Shown: piece by piece, positions 20,608 to 31,254 of the stretch
How positions within the stretch are numbered: the stretch's first letter is position 1
How the letters are laid out: every line of letters starts with the position of its first letter
Source of the DNA: Salinispira sp.
GTDB lineage: Bacteria; Spirochaetota; Spirochaetia; DSM-27196; Salinispiraceae
NCBI GenBank assembly: GCA_965602015.1
Contig: OZ271918.1
Coordinates: 2,016,001 to 2,080,000, forward strand
Direction of reading: 5' to 3'
DNA length: 64,000 nucleotides
The notes under the pieces: generated by a model
Database searches by the model: none
Told to the model about the DNA's origin: nothing
The model's input: only the letters and a program-made list of their open reading frames with translations
Made by a program: the position numbers and the translations under genes

Positions 20608-20898
20608 ATGAACAGCAAGTTACTAATGGAAGAATACGATGTTGAAATCGATGACGTCCGCTGGTACCTTTCGGTTCTCAGAGCAGAAGAAGTATTATCT
20701 CACTATCAGGAACCAAAAATTTTAATCCGAATGATTTGGGACAAAAGTCTCGAGGACTCACTATACAACATGGAAGAACGGTATTTAGCAGATCTCGACC
20801 GCGAGCTCCTGGACGGGAGCGCCGATGAAGTCAAAATCCGCCAAATATTCAGTGAAATAAAGGCCGCAAGACGGCGGCGCCGCAGCACCACCGTCTGA
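20608..20898 (+). CDS. hypothetical protein (96 aa)
   Basis: Strong AGGAGG SD; fills the intergenic gap. Confidence 0.7.
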   Translation: MNSKLLMEEYDVEIDDVRWYLSVLRAEEVLSHYQEPKILIRMIWDKSLEDSLYNMEERYLADLDRELLDGSADEVKIRQIFSEIKAARRRRRSTTV

Positions 20899-20915
20899 TT
20901 CGAACATAGCGGCGA

Positions 20916-22688
20916 TTACTTTTTCGCCGCCGCAATAACCGACTCGATAAAATCTTCGATGCCTTCAATTTTCTTGTGAACTTCGCGCCGGGATTGTTCC
21001 AGCTCCACCCCGGGCTCGTCTTTAACCGAGGTGTAAAATTTGATCTTCGGTTCGGTTCCGGAAGGCCGGGCATTAAGGATGCTTCCGTCCGCCAAAATGA
21101 ACTGTAGAACGTTGGAACCGGGCAGGTCGATATCTTTTACCTTTTTTCCGCTGGTAATATCCAGGGTGGTACCGTCGGAAATGTCTCTCATTTTTGCAAC
21201 CGCGATGCCCCCGATTTCCTTCGGGGGATTGCTGCGCAAACCGGCCATCATGTTGTTCATAATGCCGATTCCGTCGGCCCCTTCGAAATACTTACTGATC
21301 AGGGTCTCCTGATAAAAACCGAATTCACGGTGAATTTCCGCAAGCCGTTGGAGAAGGGTCTTGCCCTGGCGGCGGTAATACAGAGCCATTTCGATGGTTA
21401 CCACCGTGGCAGTAATGGAATCCTTGTCACGAACCTCGGTGCCGATCATGAATCCGTAACTCTCTTCCCCGCCCATTACGTACTGCGGGCCTCCTGCAGC
21501 TTCGAACTCCCGGATTTTTGACGCAATCCACTTGAAACCTGTGAGGGTCTCAAATGCCTGCGCTCCGTACTTAGCGGCTATCCGCCGTTGCAGGTCTGTG
21601 CTGACAATGGTATTTACGAAGGCGGGCTTTTCCGGGAGGGTTCCCAGCTCCTTCATGGATCCGAAAATATAATCAACAAGGAGGACGCCGTGCTCGTTTC
21701 CGTTCAAGAGCACAAACTCTCCGGCGTCATTTTTTACCGCAATACCTACCCGGTCAGCATCAGGGTCGGTACCCAGCACAATATCAGCATCTTCCTTCTT
21801 TGCCAGGTCTAACGCGAGTTTCATCGCGCTGGCTTCTTCGGGATTGGGAAATTCCACGGTGGGAAAATCACCGTCGGGATCCCGTTGCTCCGGAACAATG
21901 GAAACATGGATTCCCAGTTCATTCATTACCCGTTCGACCATCATTGTTCCGGTTCCGTGAAGCGGAGTATATACGGCCTTGATGTCGTGGGGACCGTGCA
22001 TGAGCATATCGGGTCTGACAATCTGGCGTTTTACCATTTCGACGAATTTATTATCGAGATCCGCATCGATGTATTCTACCATCCCCTTGGCCAGAGCATC
22101 ATCGAAATCCATGCTGCGGACTTCACTGGTCACCGCCTTTACTTCGCCGATAATTCCCGCATCATGAGGAGCGGTTATTTGGGCCCCGTCCTGCCAGTAT
22201 ACCTTGTACCCGTTGTACTTCTTGGGATTGTGACTGGCGGTACAGACTATGCCGCTGGTACAGCCCAGCTCCCGAACGGTAAAACTCAGCTCAGGCGTAG
22301 GCCGGAGTGCAGAAAACAGGTAGACGTGGAGTCCGTTGGCAGCCAATACCTGCGAAGCAGTTCGGGCGAAGAGCGGGGAGTTATGCCGGCTGTCATAGGC
22401 AATGGCGACCGATAATCGGCCCTTGCTGTCTTTTATGCCGTGCTTGAGGAGATAATTGGACAATCCTTGCGTGGTGCGTTGAATTACCAGGGGATTCATG
22501 CGGTTAAAGCCGCCGCCCATTACACCGCGAATACCGCCGGTTCCAAAGCTCAGATCGGTGTAAAACCGCTCAAAAAGCTCTTCTGTATTTTTTTCTTTAA
22601 TCAGGGTTTCGACTTCTGAACGGAAATCACCGTGCTGTTCCTGATCTACATATTCTTTGGCCCGTTCCATGATGGCCTTGGTATCCAT
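20916..22688 (-). CDS. pgm: phosphoglucomutase/phosphomannomutase
   Basis: FGTGGIRG, TASHNP, DPDADR, GEESYG, RPSGTEPKIKFY; ATG at 22688 has a GGAGGA SD. Confidence 0.93.
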   Translation of the reverse strand: MDTKAIMERAKEYVDQEQHGDFRSEVETLIKEKNTEELFERFYTDLSFGTGGIRGVMGGGFNRMNPLVIQRTTQGLSNYLLKHGIKDSKGRLSVAIAYDSRHNSPLFARTASQVLAANGLHVYLFSALRPTPELSFTVRELGCTSGIVCTASHNPKKYNGYKVYWQDGAQITAPHDAGIIGEVKAVTSEVRSMDFDDALAKGMVEYIDADLDNKFVEMVKRQIVRPDMLMHGPHDIKAVYTPLHGTGTMMVERVMNELGIHVSIVPEQRDPDGDFPTVEFPNPEEASAMKLALDLAKKEDADIVLGTDPDADRVGIAVKNDAGEFVLLNGNEHGVLLVDYIFGSMKELGTLPEKPAFVNTIVSTDLQRRIAAKYGAQAFETLTGFKWIASKIREFEAAGGPQYVMGGEESYGFMIGTEVRDKDSITATVVTIEMALYYRRQGKTLLQRLAEIHREFGFYQETLISKYFEGADGIGIMNNMMAGLRSNPPKEIGGIAVAKMRDISDGTTLDITSGKKVKDIDLPGSNVLQFILADGSILNARPSGTEPKIKFYTSVKDEPGVELEQSRREVHKKIEGIEDFIESVIAAAKK

Positions 22689-22815
22689 GATTCCTCCTGG
22701 GCGTCCCATAACCGGACGCCGAACTGCAGCTTGATCTGTTTGCTGCAAATACTACGAAGTCCCAGAGTTATCTGTCAACTGTCGTCTCTTCTCATTATAT
22801 GATAGGATCGGTCAA

Positions 22816-23745
22816 ATGGCTAAAAAAGGGCGTCGGGCAAGCAATACTGACAAAACCGAAGAATTCGAACAGTTTTACTCCCGAATGTATCCTCGAAGAT
22901 GGGCTGAACTGAAGCAGGCCATGCAGGGTAGTCAGTCCTACCACAGGCTGGTCGCGGGCCTTCGCAGCGAGTATTTCCTCGACCCCGCGTCATACCTCAG
23001 CGGCAGCTATCTTGAAGCCCGCGTAGAGCACCGTATTCTGGACCTCTGCGCCGCCCCGGGCGGCAAGACCCTGGTAATCCTGTCCAACATGTTGGCAGAG
23101 GCCGCCGCAGCAGCTCCTGAACTAGCTCTCCAGGAATGTGCATCCCGGTTGGATTTCACCGCGAACGAGCGGTCAGCCAGCCGCCGGGGCCGCTTAAAAA
23201 CCGTCCTCCACAGCCACCTGCCGGAAGAAGTCGCCCAGGTCGTAAAGGTTCGAGGACACGACGCAGCCAGATGGGGGCAGATCGAGCCCGAAGCGTACGA
23301 CCGCATCATGCTGGACGTCCCCTGCTCCTCCGAGCGGCATGTCCTGAAGAGTCCGAAACACCTCGGGCAATGGTCGCCTTCCCGGAGCCACAGACTGGCC
23401 CAGCAGGCCTACAGCTTTTTACTGTCCGCCCTTCAGGCCCTTAAACCCGGCGGCCTGGTGGTCTATTCCACTTGCGCCCTCTCGACCGGAGAAAACGACG
23501 GGGTCATTGACCGGGTGATGAGCAGAGCGCAAAAAAAAGGCGACATGTCAATTATGACCGATAATCGGAGGATTATCGCCGGCCCCTATGCCGCTCTGGC
23601 ACCTGAATACGAAGGGAAAGGGGCCGACGGGGTCGGCAGACCGCTTCCCGAATGGGTGGAGGAGACCGCTCTTGGTTTCGCAGTCCTGCCGGACAAGGCA
23701 GCCGGCCGGGGACCCATGTATTTCTCGCGGCTCAAAAAACTCTGA
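22816..23745 (+). CDS. RsmB/NOP2-family RNA m5C methyltransferase
   Basis: LDLCAAPGGKT, LDVPCS and YSTC; both catalytic Cys present. Confidence 0.9.
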   Translation: MAKKGRRASNTDKTEEFEQFYSRMYPRRWAELKQAMQGSQSYHRLVAGLRSEYFLDPASYLSGSYLEARVEHRILDLCAAPGGKTLVILSNMLAEAAAAAPELALQECASRLDFTANERSASRRGRLKTVLHSHLPEEVAQVVKVRGHDAARWGQIEPEAYDRIMLDVPCSSERHVLKSPKHLGQWSPSRSHRLAQQAYSFLLSALQALKPGGLVVYSTCALSTGENDGVIDRVMSRAQKKGDMSIMTDNRRIIAGPYAALAPEYEGKGADGVGRPLPEWVEETALGFAVLPDKAAGRGPMYFSRLKKL

Positions 23746-23809
23746 GTACCGGTATTTACTGTAGATTTCAGCTTTAATTTCAGACGACCTTGTGATACAA
23801 CTGGCAGAT

Positions 23810-25843
23810 ATGTCCGACAAGCTTCAACACCTTTTAAACCCCGAGCAATACGAAGCGGTAAGCACGGTAAACGGTCCTCTGCTGATTATTGCCGGCGCGG
23901 GATCTGGGAAAACCAGGGTCATCACCTATCGAATAAGCGAAATGCTCAGACAGGGGGTGAACCAGTCGGCGATTCTTGCCCTCACGTTCACCAACAAGGC
24001 AGCCCGGGAAATGTCCGGCCGGGTGAGAGAGCTGGTGGGACGCAAGCTTCCCCAGCTAACGGTTTCGACCTTCCATTCTTTCGGGGTTCAGATTCTCAAA
24101 AAGCATATTTCTGTTCTCGGCTGGCGGGAGAACTTCACCATCTACGACAACAATGACCAAAAGAGTCTTGTAAAGGAATGTGCCAGGGAACTCAAATGGA
24201 ACCTGGAGTACCTTGATTTTAACCACTGCCTCAACACATTTTCGCGGATAAAAACCGGACGAAGCCGATGGGCAGACCCCGAAATCGATGACAGTCTCCA
24301 GCCGCTCTACGAGGAGTATCAAAGTCACCGGAAACTCTACAACGCACTGGATTTCGACGATCTTATTCAATTGCCCATCGAAATTCTCATGAACCATGCG
24401 GCCATTTTGAAAGAATACCAAAAGCGCTACCGCTACATCATGGTGGATGAGTTCCAGGATACTTCGACCCAGCAGTATCAGATGATGAAACTTCTTGCGG
24501 ACGGTAGCAGGAATATCTGTGTTGTGGGAGATGACGACCAGAGCATATATTCCTGGCGGGGTGCGAACTTCGATAACATCAGGAATTTCGAAAGGGATTT
24601 TCCCGAGCTCGTCGAGATAAAACTCGAGCAGAACTACCGGTCGACGGGAACAATTCTCGAGGCTGCCAATCACCTAATAAAAAACAACAAAAACCGGAAG
24701 AAAAAGGCCCTTTGGACCGGGGGCGAGGGCGGGAAACCCATCGAACTGTACCAGCCGGCGGATGAGCGCTCTGAGTCGGGTTTTATCTGCGACATGATAC
24801 AGACCCTTAACCTGCGGGAACGGATCAGGTATCACGACATCTGCGTGCTAATCCGGACCAATGCCCTGGCCCGGCCGATAGAGGAAGAGCTGCTAGCGCG
24901 AAACCTGCCCTACCGCATAACCGGGGGGCAGAGTTTCTTTGAAAGGGCAGAAATTCGGGACATGATTGCCTACATGCGTGCGGTGATCAATCCGGATGAT
25001 GATATCAGCCTTCTCCGGATTCTCAACACGCCCCGAAGGGGAATCGGGAAAAAAACCCTGGAGGACCTCACCGGCCTCGCGGACCGCCAGCCCGGGACAA
25101 GCCTCTTTGGCGCCATGAAAATCCTCACCCTGGCTGAGGATAGCCCTTTAGGTAAAAGATCAAAGGCCGATCTCGAAGAATTCATTGAACTACTCGAAGA
25201 GTACCGGCCAAAGTTTCTTAAACCGGGAAACATCGCCGATACCCTGCGCCATCTCATCGCAAAAATCGATTACTGGGGCCATTTGGTCGGCGAGTTTCAG
25301 GGAAACGACAAAATTGCCAAATTCCGGATGAAAAACGTCGAGTTGTTCTCAGGAATGATTCAACAATGGGAACGGGATCCGGATAATCTAAATCCGTCTA
25401 TTTTTACCTACCTGAACCGGATCACCCTTGCGGGCAAAGATGAAGAGGACAGTGAAGAGGGAAAAATAAACCTCATGACCATCCATTCGGCAAAGGGGCT
25501 TGAGTTCGATGTGGTGTTCATAGCAGGCGTTGAGGAAAACATCATTCCCCATCAGCGCAGTCTTGAAGAGAATGATGCGGGCAGTTACGAGGAAAATCTG
25601 GAGGAAGAGCGGCGTTTGTTTTACGTCGCCCTGACCCGTGCCAAGATGAAGCTGTATTTGACGGTGTGCCAGCAGCGAAAGGTCATGAGAGACCTGATGA
25701 GCATGAACGTCAGCCGGTTCATAGAAGAAATACCCGAGCACCTCATCGATATAAAGGAACCCGACACGGAGATAAGCGAGGAAGAAGCTCATGACTATTT
25801 TGAGCTCATGAAAGCTCGTTTCGCCGCCGTCGAAGAGAAGTGA
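23810..25843 (+). CDS. Rep/UvrD/PcrA superfamily-1 DNA helicase
   Basis: AGAGSGKT, TFTNKAA, VDEFQD, VGDDDQSIY, QNYRS, TIHSAKGLEF, EERRLFYVALTRA. Confidence 0.95.
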   Translation: MSDKLQHLLNPEQYEAVSTVNGPLLIIAGAGSGKTRVITYRISEMLRQGVNQSAILALTFTNKAAREMSGRVRELVGRKLPQLTVSTFHSFGVQILKKHISVLGWRENFTIYDNNDQKSLVKECARELKWNLEYLDFNHCLNTFSRIKTGRSRWADPEIDDSLQPLYEEYQSHRKLYNALDFDDLIQLPIEILMNHAAILKEYQKRYRYIMVDEFQDTSTQQYQMMKLLADGSRNICVVGDDDQSIYSWRGANFDNIRNFERDFPELVEIKLEQNYRSTGTILEAANHLIKNNKNRKKKALWTGGEGGKPIELYQPADERSESGFICDMIQTLNLRERIRYHDICVLIRTNALARPIEEELLARNLPYRITGGQSFFERAEIRDMIAYMRAVINPDDDISLLRILNTPRRGIGKKTLEDLTGLADRQPGTSLFGAMKILTLAEDSPLGKRSKADLEEFIELLEEYRPKFLKPGNIADTLRHLIAKIDYWGHLVGEFQGNDKIAKFRMKNVELFSGMIQQWERDPDNLNPSIFTYLNRITLAGKDEEDSEEGKINLMTIHSAKGLEFDVVFIAGVEENIIPHQRSLEENDAGSYEENLEEERRLFYVALTRAKMKLYLTVCQQRKVMRDLMSMNVSRFIEEIPEHLIDIKEPDTEISEEEAHDYFELMKARFAAVEEK

Positions 25844-26460
25844 TAAAAAAGCCCGGATTGCCACATGATAATGCCCGCATGGTGAGTGAACTCGACGCCC
25901 GACTGGGATTGGGTGAATCCCTGCGACAGGCTTTTTTGGCGGCGGACCGGGCAAGTTTTCTGCCGCCAAGCTCCGACAGCTATGCCGACCATCCCATTGC
26001 AATCGGGTACGGACAAACCAACAGTCAGCCCTATACCGTGGCCTTTATGCTAAAACTGCTGAGTGTAAAAACGGGAATGAGCATCCTGGATGTGGGCTGC
26101 GGTTCGGGATGGAGTACCGCCTTGTTGAGCGTTTTAGCGGGATCCGCAGCGCCGCTGATTGCCACAGAGAGGATACCCGCCATCGCCGACTTTGGAAGGC
26201 AAAATCTTGCGCGTTGGGGCTTGTCCCCTGAGGTTATATGCCCGGCGGGAGAGCAGCCGGGCATACCCGGCAGAAAATTCCAACGCATTCTGGTCTCCGC
26301 CGCGGCGAAGAGTCTCCCGGATGTACTCCTCGATCAGATCGATGCTCCGGGTATCATGGTCATTCCGGTGAAAAACTCTATAGTAAAAATCGAACGGGAT
26401 TCCAGGGAAGAACTCAGCTTTTATGAGTATCCGGGGTTTTCGTTCGTGCCCCTGGTCTAA
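25840..26460 (+). CDS. pcm: protein-L-isoaspartate O-methyltransferase
   Basis: YADHPIAIGYGQTNSQP, LDVGCGSGW, ILVSAAA, FSFVPLV. Confidence 0.9.
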   Translation: MIKKPGLPHDNARMVSELDARLGLGESLRQAFLAADRASFLPPSSDSYADHPIAIGYGQTNSQPYTVAFMLKLLSVKTGMSILDVGCGSGWSTALLSVLAGSAAPLIATERIPAIADFGRQNLARWGLSPEVICPAGEQPGIPGRKFQRILVSAAAKSLPDVLLDQIDAPGIMVIPVKNSIVKIERDSREELSFYEYPGFSFVPLV

Positions 26461-26466
26461 TTATGC

Positions 26467-26886
26467 TTAGTCGGAGTTTTGAGCGGGGATAATTTCGATA
26501 CTGCGTTGCACAATTTCAGGACGAAAACGCCACCGTGAGTTTTGCCCAGGTTCGGCAATTAACACGATTCCACCGAAGACCACCTCATACACGCCCTCAT
26601 CCTCACCGGCTACAATGGTAAAGGCAGGGGGGCTGTCACCCGATGAGATTTCCAATAATCCATTTCGGTCCAGCTGGAAAAGCACGGGATAATCCGGCGT
26701 AATTTTTGATGCGGACTCGGTATCTCCCAATCGGACTGCCCTCAGCAGATCATTCATGTCCGCCTGCAATGCCACACTGTGCGCATCGCCGGAACAGGAA
26801 GAAATGAGAACCATAATGGGGATGATTGCTGCGAGGCAATAAAAAAAAGGAGGGTTTCCCCTCCTTCCTCTCGTAGTAGAGAACAC
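26467..26886 (-). CDS. hypothetical lipoprotein
   Basis: Hydrophobic stretch ending in ISSC; start codon uncertain. Confidence 0.55.
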   Translation of the reverse strand: MFSTTRGRRGNPPFFYCLAAIIPIMVLISSCSGDAHSVALQADMNDLLRAVRLGDTESASKITPDYPVLFQLDRNGLLEISSGDSPPAFTIVAGEDEGVYEVVFGGIVLIAEPGQNSRWRFRPEIVQRSIEIIPAQNSD

Positions 26887-26887
26887 C

Positions 26888-27277
26888 CTAGTTATACTTC
26901 ACCAGGACACCGGTTATGCGTGCGGTTGCCGGAGCAAGAACGCTGCCGGTGAAACCATTAATCAGCAGATCTACGAGGCCTGCGGAATAGGTTACGGTAA
27001 CATTTACTGCAGCGTCGGCGGTGAACTTATTGATTTCCCGCTGAACCGCATCATAGATCGCGGTGTCCATGGCATCTGCGGTAACGTTGCCGAGGTTCGC
27101 ACCACCGGATGTTCCGAGGAACTCCCAAACCTTTACCTCAATGTCGAATTCACCGACGGCGGTATAGTTTTGAAGATTCTTCGTTACCTGAATTCCCGAA
27201 AGCTGGAAGGTTGTACAAGAGCCGAGCAAAAGGACAACCAGCACTGCCAGGGAAATAAGTCGTACAGATTTTTTCAT
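26888..27277 (-). CDS. hypothetical lipoprotein
   Basis: MKK plus hydrophobic core and LGSC lipobox; AAGGAGG SD. Confidence 0.8.
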   Translation of the reverse strand: MKKSVRLISLAVLVVLLLGSCTTFQLSGIQVTKNLQNYTAVGEFDIEVKVWEFLGTSGGANLGNVTADAMDTAIYDAVQREINKFTADAAVNVTVTYSAGLVDLLINGFTGSVLAPATARITGVLVKYN

Positions 27278-27353
27278 CTGTGCCTCCTTGGATTATGGCT
27301 TCCTTAATAGTAGGGAATCTGCACCGGCAACGCAAGTCCATTTGCGCAAAAAT

Positions 27354-28988
27354 CTACAGGACCGCTTCATCTTCCCTTCGCAGCTTGAACTCACTGGTGA
27401 AATGAAAGTTGATATCGGGATTCTCCCTTTGCACGTAATTCAGCTCCCATTGACCCTCAGAAAAAAATACCGTCTCACCGTCGCGATCGACGGCAATTCT
27501 CCGCTGATAGTAATTGATAAACTTGTCGAGTTTTTTGCCATCGTCGCTGGTTATCCAGCAGGCCTGGAAAAACGGGAGATTGGTAAACCTGCAGTCGGCA
27601 CCATATTCATGACGCAGACGGTACTGAATAACGTCAAACTGAAGGTTTCCTACCGTACCGACGATTTTCCGGCGGCCCTGATCCTGGATAAACAGCTGTG
27701 CCAGTCCCTCATCGGTGAGCTGCTGGACACCTTTTTCAAACTGTTTACTGCGCAGGGGATCGGCGTTAACCAGCTCCCGAAACTGTTCAGGGGAAAAACT
27801 CGGAATACCCTGATAATAAAAGTCTTCACCTTCTGTGAGGGTATCTCCTATTTTTAAATCACCCCGGTCGTACAATCCGACCACATCGCCGGGAAAAGCC
27901 CTATCGACTACGTCCTTTCTGGACGCCATAAAACTGTAGGGATTGTTGAATCTCAGCTTTTTATCGAGGCGAACATGCTGATACATGGTGCCCCTCTCAA
28001 ATGTACCGCTGCAGACTCGCAGGAAGGCAATGCGGTCCCGGTGTTTGGGATCCAAATTTGCATGGATTTTGAAGACGAATCCGCTGAAACGCCGTTCATC
28101 GGGTTCGACTATCCGGGTATTTGAGCTCCGGGCAAGCGGCGCAGGGGCCACGTCCAGAAAGGTGTTCAAGAGCTCCCGCACTCCGAAATTATTGAGGGCG
28201 GAGCCAAAAAACACTGGCGCAAGCCGACCGGCAAGGTACTCATTATGGTCAAAATCACCATAGACTCCCTCGATAAGTTCGACATCTTCAGTCAGCCGCG
28301 CCGCATCTTCATTACCGATATGTTCTGCCAATTCACCCTGATCCCGACCTTCGATGAGAATACCGTCATCCTGCAAGGTTTTTGCCCCGGGACGAAAGAG
28401 ATTAAGACTATCCTCCGCCAGGTTATATACCCCTTTGAATCGGGAACCTTGATTTACCGGCCAGGTGAGCGGTCTGACCGAGATGTTAAGTTTTTCTTCC
28501 AACACATCCATAAGTTCAAGGGGGGGGAGACCTTCCCGGTCCATTTTATTAATAAATACAATTACCGGAGTGGCCCGCATTCGACAGACTTCCATGAGCC
28601 GCTCGGTTTGCTCCTCCACACCTTTCACCGAATCGACAACAAGGATGACGCTGTCGACGGCGGTCAAGGTTCGGTAGGTATCTTCGGCAAAGTCCTTATG
28701 TCCGGGAGTATCGAGAATATTAATCAGTTTATGACGGTACTCGAAGCTCATAACCGAGGTGGCAACCGAGATTCCCCGCTGGCGCTCAATTTCCATGAAG
28801 TCGCTGGTGGCGCTACGGTCGATTTTATTCGATTTCACCGCCCCCGCTTCTCTGATGCTCCCTCCGAATAGGAGAAGTTTCTCGGTCAGGGTTGTTTTTC
28901 CCGCATCCGGGTGGCTTATAATAGCAAAGGTCCGGCGCTTTTCTATTTCAGTGTGGAGATTTTGATCGCTTACTATTTCGGTACTCAT
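27354..28988 (-). CDS. prfC: peptide chain release factor 3
   Basis: [42 protein letters not shown]. Confidence 0.97.
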   Translation of the reverse strand: MSTEIVSDQNLHTEIEKRRTFAIISHPDAGKTTLTEKLLLFGGSIREAGAVKSNKIDRSATSDFMEIERQRGISVATSVMSFEYRHKLINILDTPGHKDFAEDTYRTLTAVDSVILVVDSVKGVEEQTERLMEVCRMRATPVIVFINKMDREGLPPLELMDVLEEKLNISVRPLTWPVNQGSRFKGVYNLAEDSLNLFRPGAKTLQDDGILIEGRDQGELAEHIGNEDAARLTEDVELIEGVYGDFDHNEYLAGRLAPVFFGSALNNFGVRELLNTFLDVAPAPLARSSNTRIVEPDERRFSGFVFKIHANLDPKHRDRIAFLRVCSGTFERGTMYQHVRLDKKLRFNNPYSFMASRKDVVDRAFPGDVVGLYDRGDLKIGDTLTEGEDFYYQGIPSFSPEQFRELVNADPLRSKQFEKGVQQLTDEGLAQLFIQDQGRRKIVGTVGNLQFDVIQYRLRHEYGADCRFTNLPFFQACWITSDDGKKLDKFINYYQRRIAVDRDGETVFFSEGQWELNYVQRENPDINFHFTSEFKLRREDEAVL

Positions 28989-29088
28989 TGGGGGCGGATG
29001 GTAGCGTATATTTAAATCTTTTGCTACAGCAAAATGCTCGCTGAAATCCGGGGACCCAATGAACGGGTCCCCGGATTATCATGAGGGG

Positions 29089-29595
29089 TTAGCGAATGCT
29101 CCAGGATGACGCATTGCGGTCCGAACGAAGGCGTTCGACCAGCCGTTCCCGATGTCCACGGGGCAAATCCATGAGCTTCCATGACTGGTATTGCAAACCA
29201 GAGGAGTTAAAGCCCAGATTCACCCGAAATGCCGAGTCCAGAATCGTAACCTGGCCCGGATTGACCCTGAAAGCAATGCGAACATCTCTCGAATCGAGAT
29301 CGGTTTCTGAATCGAAATAATATGCTTCTACCCTTTCGATTACGTATGTTCCCGGAGGAACGCTTGCGCGGATTGCATAGTCTCTGTCGGGGTTTACCAG
29401 CAGGGACATGCCGTTGGAAAAACGCAAGCGGTATCCGATAAAAAAGTTACCCTGGTCCGCGCTGTCACGGATGACGGACATAACGACCACTCCCGTGCCT
29501 TCCGGGTCTCTGGGAAGGGTGGCGCAGGATGCGAGCATAGTTGCCAGCATTACCACTGCCAGGAAAATCGATAGAGCGGGTGACAACTTCTTCAT
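29089..29595 (-). CDS. hypothetical lipoprotein
   Basis: MKK...LASC lipobox; directly follows the PPIase gene. Confidence 0.75.
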   Translation of the reverse strand: MKKLSPALSIFLAVVMLATMLASCATLPRDPEGTGVVVMSVIRDSADQGNFFIGYRLRFSNGMSLLVNPDRDYAIRASVPPGTYVIERVEAYYFDSETDLDSRDVRIAFRVNPGQVTILDSAFRVNLGFNSSGLQYQSWKLMDLPRGHRERLVERLRSDRNASSWSIR

Positions 29596-29597
29596 GT

Positions 29598-30536
29598 TTA
29601 AACCTCCGGTACGTCTATTGTATAGCTCTCCCGCAGCCGCTCGAGCTCGGAGGCAATGGCTTCCTGCTCTTTCTGACCGCTGAGATAGTTGCGAATGCTT
29701 TCCCTCGCCGTTTCGAAGTCGATGAGGCCCGCTTCGCTGCGTTCCCGAACAAAAATCAGGTGAAGCCCGAATTGAGTCTCTACTACCTCACTCACCTCTC
29801 CTACCGGCAAGGCAAATGCGGCTTCCTCGAAGGGTGCGACCATTTGGCCTCGTTCGAAGGCTCCGAGATCGCCGCCGTTGGGCCCGCTCGGTCCCTCGGA
29901 ATACTCCCGGGCCATCTCCGCGAAATCAGCGCCGTCGGAAAGTCTACGGGCAACCTCGTTTATTTTTTGCTCTGCCTCAGTCCTCGTCGCCTGATCGGCA
30001 TCAGGATCAAGCTGAATGAGAATGTGCGAAGCTGTTACGGTCTCCGGCGTTTCAAAATACAGCGGGTTCTCCTGGTAGAATAACTGCATTTCTTCTTCAT
30101 TTACTTCGATTTCTCCGTAAATTTTTTCTTCAATATATTTTCTAATTAAGAGAGCATCGCTAATCTCCGCAAGCAGGAGCTCTTCGGTGTATCCGTATCC
30201 GGAAATAGCATTGAGGTACGCCTCTTCATCGGGAAATTGTGATTTAACAGTCTCCAGCTCGGCATCCAGCTCGCCATCTTCAAGGGAATATCCCGCAGAA
30301 CTGGCTGCGGCCACCAGGAGCTTTCTCTCGACAATCTGCTCAAGCAGACTGCTGCGCATATCCTGAACCTGTGCCTCGGTGATGTTTGCCCCTTGGGCCT
30401 CATACTGATTCATCATGCGGTCAACTTCGAAATTGAGCTCTTCCTCGCTGACGCTGATGACTTCGGCTGTGCCTGCGCAGGAGGCGATCAGGAGCAGCAA
30501 AGCTATAAATACAGTGGTGAAACTACGTTTTTTCAT
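29598..30536 (-). CDS. PrsA/SurA-like parvulin peptidyl-prolyl isomerase lipoprotein
   Basis: IASC lipobox; ASHILI, FAEMAREYSEGPS, GGDLG, MVAPFEEAAF, ETQFGLHLI. Confidence 0.92.
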   Translation of the reverse strand: MKKRSFTTVFIALLLLIASCAGTAEVISVSEEELNFEVDRMMNQYEAQGANITEAQVQDMRSSLLEQIVERKLLVAAASSAGYSLEDGELDAELETVKSQFPDEEAYLNAISGYGYTEELLLAEISDALLIRKYIEEKIYGEIEVNEEEMQLFYQENPLYFETPETVTASHILIQLDPDADQATRTEAEQKINEVARRLSDGADFAEMAREYSEGPSGPNGGDLGAFERGQMVAPFEEAAFALPVGEVSEVVETQFGLHLIFVRERSEAGLIDFETARESIRNYLSGQKEQEAIASELERLRESYTIDVPEV

Positions 30537-30630
30537 GAAAAATCCTCTGATAAAAAATCCCGTCTATATGGGTAAAACGGTCACGCCCACCCTATCAGTT
30601 TGGGGAAATTTCATCCAGTGTTACACAGAA

Positions 30631-31254
30631 CGGTCGCGCCGCTCGTTGGTTTTACGTCCCGGTATTTTTAAAAATAAAAAGCCCTCTGATGAGGGCTTTT
30701 TAATTCTACCGGAGACGGGACTTCCTCCAAGTGGCTCACTTCCTGTTCGCCTCTTTCCGGCCGCCTTCCTCGCTAAAACGCCCTCCGTGGCGTTTTGCGC
30801 TTCCTATTCGGTCGCGCCGCTCGTTGGTTTCAAGTCCCGGTTTTTTAAAATCAAAAAGCCCTCTGATGAGGGCTTTTTAATTCTACCGGAGACGGGACTT
30901 CCTCCAAGTGGCTCACTTCCTGTTCGCCTCTTTCCGGCCGCCTTCCTCGCTAAAACGCCCTCCGTGGCGTTTTGCGCTCCCTATTCGGTCGCGCCGCTCG
31001 TTGGTTTCAAGCCCCGGTTTTTTAAAATCAAAAAGCCCTCTGATGAGGGCTTTTTAATTCTACCGGAGACGGGACTTCCTCCAAGTGGCTCACTTCCTGT
31101 TCGCCTCTTTCCGGCCGCCTTCCTCGCTAAAACGCCCTCCGTGGCGTTTTGCGCTCCCTATTCGGTCGCGCCGCTCGTTGGTTTCAAGTCCCGGTTTTTT
31201 AAAATCAAAAAGCCCTCTGATGAGGGCTTTTTAATTCTACCGGAGACGGGACTT
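30631..31254 (-). repeat. tRNA-Leu-linked tandem array: three 177-bp units plus a 93-bp distal partial unit
   Basis: Units at 30724-30900, 30901-31077 and 31078-31254 differ only at 30802 and 31012. The hairpin GCCCTCTGATGAGGGC starts at 30681, 30858, 31035 and 31212. Each unit ends in TACCGGAGACGGGACTT, the tRNA 3' 17 nt. Confidence 0.97.
31207..31232 (-). terminator. intrinsic terminator of tRNA-Leu (repeated 4 times in the array; potentially bidirectional)
   Basis: AAAAAGCCCTC-TGAT-GAGGGCTTTTT. Confidence 0.85.

Noticed and set aside
30631..31254. Possible CRISPR array
   Set aside because: Whole units are near-identical with no unique spacers, and there are no cas genes in the window.
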